Source: Callorhinchus milii
Taxonomy: Eukaryota
Length of the DNA: 64,000 bases
Reading direction: 5' to 3'
NCBI RefSeq assembly: GCF_018977255.1
Contig: NW_024704742.1
Span: 115,198,001-115,262,000 of the forward strand
Positions within the stretch are counted from its first letter, which is position 1; each line of letters opens with the position of its first letter. A model generated the notes under the pieces. It saw only the letters and a program-made list of their open reading frames with translations, did no database searches and had not been told where the DNA came from. The position numbers and the translations under genes were made by a program. This document shows positions 35,773 through 64,000 of the stretch, one piece after another.

Positions 35773-38300
35773 AGAAAGAAGATTACTGTGAAAGGAGTAT
35801 ATTTTATTGGTGCTGTTACATCACGGAACAAAGTGATTAAGACATGAACTAATCACAATGCTGAGAAAGATGTGATACGTGGACACGTACAGGCCATGAC
35901 TTTTGCTTTCTTTTGCACTGATACCCTGTAAAATATTTGTCCTCCTTAGTAATATCAATGTGTAAAAAACATTTGCTGCAACCCCGTTCCAATATTCTTG
36001 GTAGGAAATATCAAGATTTTTTAACAGAATGATTTATTACAATGTGATATTTTTCTTAGTAACTGTACATTCTTCAAAACTGTGTTCTATTGTTCTCCGT
36101 ATATCTTCCAATTAATTGGTTAGATAACCCTGGGCAATACATAAATGTTTCATCCACGCAATTCAGCTGCTGTGTAAAATATGGAAAAAAATCTTTGATC
36201 CCATTCAATCTAAATGACTAATTTTGTTATAAAATCAAAAATATGCAGAAGTGGAAACCATAATTGTCTTGCTGTTATACCAAGGGACATATCTATCTAT
36301 TCTGATCCATACTTCAGGATTATTTTCTGAAGTGCTACAGATCTGTATAGTTAGAAAAATATGAATTTGAACAAGACATATGTATAAAATTACAATGTTT
36401 AGTGTATTGCACTTTAACATCTAAAGTAATCAGGATTATTTCTGGAATATGGAACTTAGAGTTATAAATATTAAGGGAATTATGATCTACTTGGACAATT
36501 TGCCTTTCGGAGATTGCCTTTGAATGGGATATTTTTGGTGACAATTAATTACAAATTCATCATATTGAAACAAAATAGTGGAAATTCAGCCAAAAAAATA
36601 CAACCTGAAAGGAAACAAATTGCAAAAGATAGTCCTGCTGATTGCAAAAAGTGAATAATTTGTAGTGATGGGATTGGTTTCCATGGTGGCAGATGGTAGT
36701 GTACTATGTTTCAGTTTTTAAAGCAGAAGAATGAGGCTTGGGCCAGGTCACTGGTCAGAAATATACAAAAGCAGGTGCCAATGTATTGCATTATCTGAAT
36801 CCAAAGATTGAGGATTTGTTTTAGATATTAGCCATCATTTTAATAGCCATAGGACAAGCTGACTGTGATTTTTGTCAGAAAATTTCCCTCAATCTTGAAC
36901 TTACAATATTCCCATCACTCACAAATTTATACAGCATTGCTATAATGATAAGGATTACATCCAGACAGGTGAAAATAAGGGTCTTAATACATTAACTTCA
37001 CTGCTCTGTCCCTCTGTCACTCATTGAAGATCGAAGAACATGACAGTGACATTTCATAACTTTAACTTGGTCGTTTAATTATGGCTAGAGATTGCCATTA
37101 TAGTTTTTTTGGGCACTGTTAACAAGGATTTAAACTGACAAAAAGAAGCAAACATGAACAAACACCAAGTGCTGACCCATTTAACTGGATTTTAATGTAT
37201 TGGATAATTGAGTGAACTCATATTTATTTGTTCTACATGTCAAGAATGAAATGCCCATGAATTTTCTTTTTGAAATTATCTGCACTTCTGGTTGAGTTTT
37301 TTTTAGTATATTTGTACATGAAATGTTTATTTTTAAGTTTTAAACTACAAATGAAAACTTTTGGTTGAACTAATTTTTTTCAGATCCATTTTAAAATTTA
37401 CCTTTTTTAAAAAGCTCCATTTTCCATGTTAAAGTATGCTGTCAATATGCTGTATTTTTTTCTTCAGTGCAGTGTTCATTGATCACAAGTGCAAATCATT
37501 TCTCACTTTTTGTGTATGAACGGTTATGTAAAATAATCCTATTTTTCTTTAAAAATGAGCGCACAATTTTGTTTTGAGGTAATAATGAGCCTGTTACACT
37601 GGTAACTGACCCAGCTATTGTGGAAATCTTACTTGTGCTGCAATCGTTGCTTGGACTAATCTGAAATAGCATTACAGTAGGAACTCTTGCCTTCCGAAAG
37701 GGTGTGTGTGTGTGGACAGAAACCTCTCAGGGAGCCAAACATCATCTTTTGAAGCTATGGGTTCCAGGCTTAGTTTAAATAAAACTGGTGTAGTATATTT
37801 TGCTGGTACTCAATCAAGATCCTGGCTGGAATGGAAGAGAAATAATATTTCAGCCTTGATCATCATCGTCCATCATTTTTGTTCTCTTTCAAGCCATTCT
37901 GGAAAAGCCTAAGTGTCAGAAGCTCAATTAAAGGTCTACGCAAAACTTTTTCAATTGACCCCAATATTTGGAAATGCTGGCTGTTTGAGGAGGAGTCAAT
38001 TATGGAAATATTCACAAATGCGTGAAGTGCCATTGGACAGAAAGTGCTGTTTTCAACATTGCTTGTCTCTTGAGTCAGCAGCTGGGTCAGTCACACATGC
38101 ATAAATGTAATTTATTGTCACCTTACTCTTCAGTTGGTTGCAGATTTTTATGTACAGTAGTTATTAACTGAATGACTTGACTCAGTTGTCAATTCAGTAT
38201 CTTCCTGGTTTGGAAGGAATATTACAGTATTACACTCTGAATAGATGGATTCATCTGTTGTAAATTTTGTAAATAAATAAATCTTATACGATTTATGTGT
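35773..38300 (+). other. BDP1: Putative ~2.5-kb BDP1 3' UTR
   Basis: AT-rich stretch with no recognisable SINE or LINE copies, unlike the introns; ends at overlapping AATAAA hexamers followed by GT-rich sequence. Confidence 0.5.
38272..38281 (+). terminator. Candidate BDP1 polyadenylation signal (overlapping AATAAA x2)
   Basis: aataaataaa followed ~15 nt later by tttatgtgtt. Confidence 0.5.
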
Positions 38301-38551
38301 TCAGTGGTGCTGAAGTTGGAAGTTTTTTTGGCTACCTCGACTAACAATGTTTAGCTTTTAGGTTATTAGGTCACTGCTAATGTCACTTCTAGTGTATATG
38401 CACACTATGTACAGAAAGTGTCATTCATGTCACTTCCTATGTGCTAAGTTCAGGAAGCATTATAATTGTCGGCGGGAGAGGATACAGGTGGAGTTTGTGG
38501 GGGTGGAACTGAGAAGGTCAGTGATTTGGACGTTGGACAATTTTGAAGTGA

Positions 38552-38860
38552 CAAACAACTCCAAATTGGATTTACATAGCTCCTTTTATATCAGGAGGAT
38601 GTCCCAAGGCATTGGACAGACAAGGGTTTGCACCTAAAAATGGTGGTTGGATTTGGAAATGATGGGGTCAAGGGAAGTGGGGGTGAGGAAGGATGACCTA
38701 AGACAAAAAGAAAGGTGTTGAGACTGACCTTAAAGGAGACGAGGTCAAGAAGAGATCGAGAGTGAGACAGCCAGGCTGAACGTCGGTCCTTCGAAGGTAG
38801 GGTTGGCAGGATGGGTTGTGAAGCAGTTCAATGTTTGCTGAGTGGAGGGTGCAGGAGGAT
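38552..38860 (-). mobile_element. Degraded L2 3' fragment
   Basis: aggaggatgtcccaaggcattggacag tail. Confidence 0.65.
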
Positions 38861-38874
38861 AGTAGTGTTTATCG

Positions 38875-40725
38875 GATCTAATGGTCTGTCAACAGATCTG
38901 GCTGGACCATATCAAATCCTACCGCTCTGCCCGCATCTCCGCTAAATCGTCGTTCTACTCCAAGACAATCTTGGAGACCAAGGACAACCACAGGCTCCTC
39001 TTCTCTCAGCTGCCTCTGCCCTTCCGTCTACTATCCCCTTTCCATCTCTCCCTCTCACCCGGCCCCTACCCATCCCTCCCTCCACACCTTCGAACCCCCT
39101 CCCACTCCTCTTTCACCACCACTATAAACCCATGTGAAACTGACCACATGCTCCCTCGCCCCCATCCCTAGCCCTCTCCTTACCTCCCAGCTCCACCTCC
39201 TTGCCCCTCTACTCACAGACGTCAAGAACCTCTCCCTGTCCACTGGTACTGTTCCCACCCCATTAAAAACCACCACCATCACTCCTATCCTTAAAAAACC
39301 CTCCCTGGACCCATCACTGCTCTCAAACTACTGCCCCGTCTCCAACCTCCCTTTCCTCTCCAAGGTCCTGGAACAAGTTACTTCCCAGCTTCGCTTCTTC
39401 CTCTCCCGCCAGTGCCTTCATGAACCCCTCCAATTGGGCTTCCGTTCCACCCACAGCACAGAAACAGCCTTGTTCAAAGAGACAAATGACATTCTGTCCA
39501 TCTGCAACCAGGACTCCCTCTGCCTCCTTGTCTTCTTGACCTCTCTGCTGCCTTCGATACCGTTGACCACTCTATCCTCATCCACCGCCTCTCCTCTCAC
39601 CTCAGCATTCACTACTCTGTCCTTGACTGGTTCAGATCATACCTCTCACACAGTCTTCACTTAATGTTCACAAACGGTTTCTCCTCCATCTTGTGCGGTG
39701 TTCCTCAGGGTTCTGTCCTTGGTCCCCCTCCTCTTCAATATCTATATGCTTCCTCTTGGTGACATCATCTGCAGACATGGGGTCAACTTCAACATGTATG
39801 CGAATGACACCCAACTGTACCTCTGCCTCCACCCTTGACTCCAGGACCACTGCTGACCTGACAGAATGTCTGTCAGACATCAAGTCCTGGATGAGAGCTA
39901 ACTTTCTTCAGTTAAATGTCAACAAGACTGAGGCGCTCCTGATTGTCTCCTGTCAGCGCCTCCACACCTCAGGCGCTAACAGCATCACTATCCATGGATG
40001 TACACTCCACCTTACTAAGCCAGTCAGGAATCTCACCTATCCTTTCTATTCCATATCCGTGCCTGTCCCGCACTGCCTCCCTCCACCTCTGCAACATCGC
40101 CCGGCTCCGTCACTGTCTCACATCGCAGGTTGCCGAAACCCTCATACACACATTTATTACATTGAGGTTTGACTATGCAAACTTCTTGTTTGTCAGCCTC
40201 CCCAACTACTCCCTCCATAGGCTGCAGATCATCCAGAACTCTGCAGCCCGTGTCCTCCCCCGCACCAGGCTCTGTGACCCTATTGCTCAACTCCACTGGC
40301 TTCCCATCACACAGAGGATACAGTTACAAGATCCTGGTCCTCACCTTCAAAGTCCTCCATAGTCTTGGTGCCCCCTACCTCTGCGACTTCCTAAACCCCT
40401 ACCATCCTCCCTGCTCCTTCCGCTCAGCGGGCTCTGGCCTGCTTTACATACCCCACCTTGCTCGCCCACCACTGCCACTATGCCCCCACCCTCTGGAGCT
40501 CCATTCCGCAGTCCCTCCGCCTCGCCCCCTCCCTTGCCTCCTTCAAGACCCATCTCAAGACCCTCCTCTTTGACCGTACCTTTGATCTCCCTGCTTCCCT
40601 CCCTGCCCTCTACCCTCCTCAATGCTGACCCCCAGCTCGGGTCCGAAGCTCTGACTGCCCAGCGCCTTGGGACGTCCTCCTGACGTGAAAGATGCTGTAC
40701 AAATGTAATTTTGTTGTTGTTGTTG
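38875..40725 (+). mobile_element. 5'-truncated, frameshifted L2 LINE with reverse transcriptase remnants
   Basis: [52 protein letters not shown] (ggtgttcctcagggttctgtccttggtcc), [23 protein letters not shown]; (TTG)n tail. Confidence 0.93.
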
Positions 40726-41289
40726 TAGTGCTTAAGAAGATCACAGAAGTAGGGTGGGGCAATACCATGGATGACTTTAAAAGTGAGGACAAGTATCTTG
40801 AACTCAATCTTCTGTGGGAAGGGGAGCCAGTGAAGCCCAGAAGGGTGGGTGTGATACTCTCATGGAGCCTAGTGTGAGAAAGGCATAAATTAAGGCTTTG
40901 GCTGTGTTGGGAGATCAGGTGGCGACAGACGTGAACAATGTGGAAATGGAAGAAAATAGACTTGTTTGGAGCCTCGATGTAAAGGAGAATTGAGGGTCAA
41001 ACAAAAAGCAGAGGCTGCTTTAACCCGATTCTCTGGAACCCTCCCTAAATCCTTTTGCACCTTTCCTTTATGCTTTCAAAATCTTGAAGTTCAACCTTTG
41101 AATTCACCTTGGGTTGCCTTCCTCCTTAACTTTCTTCTCTTTTGAAATGATCTTGTGGGATCTTCAACTACGAGATTGTCTCATTGAAAAGTTGACAAGA
41201 GAGGAGAAACCAAACTTCTTACTGGCAGCTTCAGCAATGGCAGAGCAGATACCACTAATGCATCCCGTTTCTCATTAAACACGTCAACA

Positions 41290-41660
41290 TAATAATAATC
41301 CTTGAATTTGACACCGCGCCTTATCACGTCATTGAGACTTCTCAAAGAACTTCACGGGATATATTGCAAAGCAGACGGTCTTTTCACGGGCAAATTGCGG
41401 CGGCCAATTCGTGCACAGCAACGTCCCGCCAGCAGCCGAATGACCGATTTTTATCTGTGGCGACCGTTGGCCGGGACGCGGGAAGAAACTCCGTTTCTCT
41501 TTCCGAACGGTGCCGCGGGATCGTTAACATCCACCCGGACGGCGCCAGGGTTCAACATCCATCCCGTCCAAAGGCCGGAACCTCCAACACACACAGCGGA
41601 GCCCGTGTCAGCCCCGGACCCTCCAGCACCGAGTCCTGAATTGGGGCTGAACCCCCAGAG
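41290..41660 (-). mobile_element. Deu-family SINE remnant inside the MCCC2 CpG island
   Basis: ataataatccttgaatttgac tail; gcggccaattcgtgcacagcaacgtccc Deu core; gggttcaacatccatccc. Confidence 0.65.
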
Positions 41661-41676
41661 TTATTATTGAGCTGCA

Positions 41677-42052
41677 GGGGGGGGGGGCAGCCAGTCCACA
41701 GGGGGGGGGGCAGCCGGTGCACGGGGGGGGGAGCCGGTGCACGGGGGGGGGGGAGCCGGTGCACAGGGGGGGGGAGCCGGTGCACAGGGGGGGGGGAGCC
41801 GGTGCACAGGGGGGGGGGGAGCCGGTGCACGGGGGGGGGGGCAGCCGGTGCACGGGGGGGGGGGGAGCCGGTGCCCCAGTGCACAGGGGGGGGGAGCCGG
41901 TGCACGGGGGGCAGCCGGTGCACGGGGGGGGGGGCAGGCAGTGCACGGGGGGGGGGGGGGACCGGTGCACAGGGGGGGGGGGGGGCAGCCGGTGCACAGG
42001 GGGGGGGCAGTGCACGGGGGGGGGTGGGGGCAGCCAGTGCACAGGGGGGGGG
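41677..42052. repeat. G-rich minisatellite, ~16-17 units of (G)n-(C)AGCCGGTGCAC(A)
   Basis: Read directly; near-constant core separated by G runs of about 6-14. Confidence 0.95.
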
Positions 42053-42164
42053 ACAGGAGCGGCGCCATTGGTTGCTGCAGTGGGAGTGTTTGCCCGGGGT
42101 TTGACCGGGCGGGCAGGGCAGGGCAGGGCAGGACCGGGCACTCACACCCTCACGGCTGTCGGGG

Positions 42165-63227
<21,063 letters not shown>

Positions 63228-63571
63228 GTACAGTTTCTGGGTGAATATGGATCTAATTATTAAAAGATTAAAAGATGTATTTCTCTTTCAGAAGTTTAAA
63301 GAAAATTGCATAGCGATTATACTGAAGGTTATCTCTTACCTTTCTTGTCCATAATAAGGAAGTATATATTTTGGACGCTAATTAGCAGCTGAAACACTAT
63401 GTTTTGTTTTTGCAATTCAATCATGCTGCTTAGTGCCACACAAGAAACCAACACTTGCTACTTTGCTTTAGAAAGTTAGAGCAAGTTTGAAAGAGTGATT
63501 GAACGGCAAAGTGATAGTACAAATAGTGATTGATGTTGGGAAAAGCACCTGGAATGTAAAATGTGTCTCAT

Positions 63572-64000
63572 ACAACAACAACAAAATTTCATTTATAGAG
63601 CGTCTTTCATGTCGGGAGGACGTCCCAAAGCGCTGGACAGTTGGGTCGAGAACCGAGCAGGGGGTAAATGGTCACGGTGAAGGGAGGGAAAGGAGGGAGC
63701 GAGGAGGGGGTAGAGAGTCGAGAGGGGAGCTGAAGGCACGATTGAAGAGAAAGGTCTTGAGACCGGCCTTGAAGGAGGAAAGGGAGGAGGCAAGGCGAAG
63801 GCACTGAGGGATGGAGTTCCAGAGCCTCGGGGCTGAGAGGCTGAAGGCCCGGCCACCGATGGTAGGGCGGTTGGGGCGGGGGATGTGGAGCAGACCGGAG
63901 CCAGAGGAACGGAGGGTACAGGCAGGTAAGTAGGGGGATAGTAGGTCAGAGAGGTAGGAGGGTGCAAGGCCATGAATAGCCTTGTAGGTGAGGGTGAGGA
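63572..64000 (-). mobile_element. L2 3' fragment running off the window
   Basis: (AAC)n tail; closely resembles the + strand tail at 43960-44140. Confidence 0.85.

Noticed and set aside
41677..42052. CRISPR-like repeat/spacer appearance, and possible metal-response elements in the core
   Set aside because: The spacers are only G homopolymers, the context is eukaryotic with no cas genes, and the cores read TGCACGG/TGCACAG/TGCACCG, which do not fit TGCRCNC

Overview
Eukaryotic (vertebrate) genomic DNA, most likely from a cartilaginous fish such as a chimaera. That assignment is inferred only from the repeat content: Deu-domain tRNA-SINEs, L2 and CR1 LINE fragments and a shark-type Penelope-like tail. 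Two spliced + strand genes are present. BDP1 (TFIIIB B'' subunit) is complete: I reconstructed 30 coding exons by hand from 2272 to 35772, with consistent intron phases and about 2147 aa. MCCC2 (methylcrotonoyl-CoA carboxylase beta) contributes its first 11 exons, 42165-63227, and continues past the window. The order and orientation match human BDP1-MCCC2. Introns are full of SINE, L2 and CR1 remnants and small MITE-like elements. I found no convincing novel multi-gene system. The most notable oddities are a 20-unit in-frame 24-bp minisatellite in a BDP1 exon, a near-identical ~235-bp SINE-tail-plus-flank tract copied 9.4 kb away into another SINE, a 112-bp near-perfect palindrome and other fold-backs, a poly-G minisatellite in the MCCC2 promoter, a GC-AG intron in the BDP1 SANT domain, and a degenerate Penelope hammerhead remnant.
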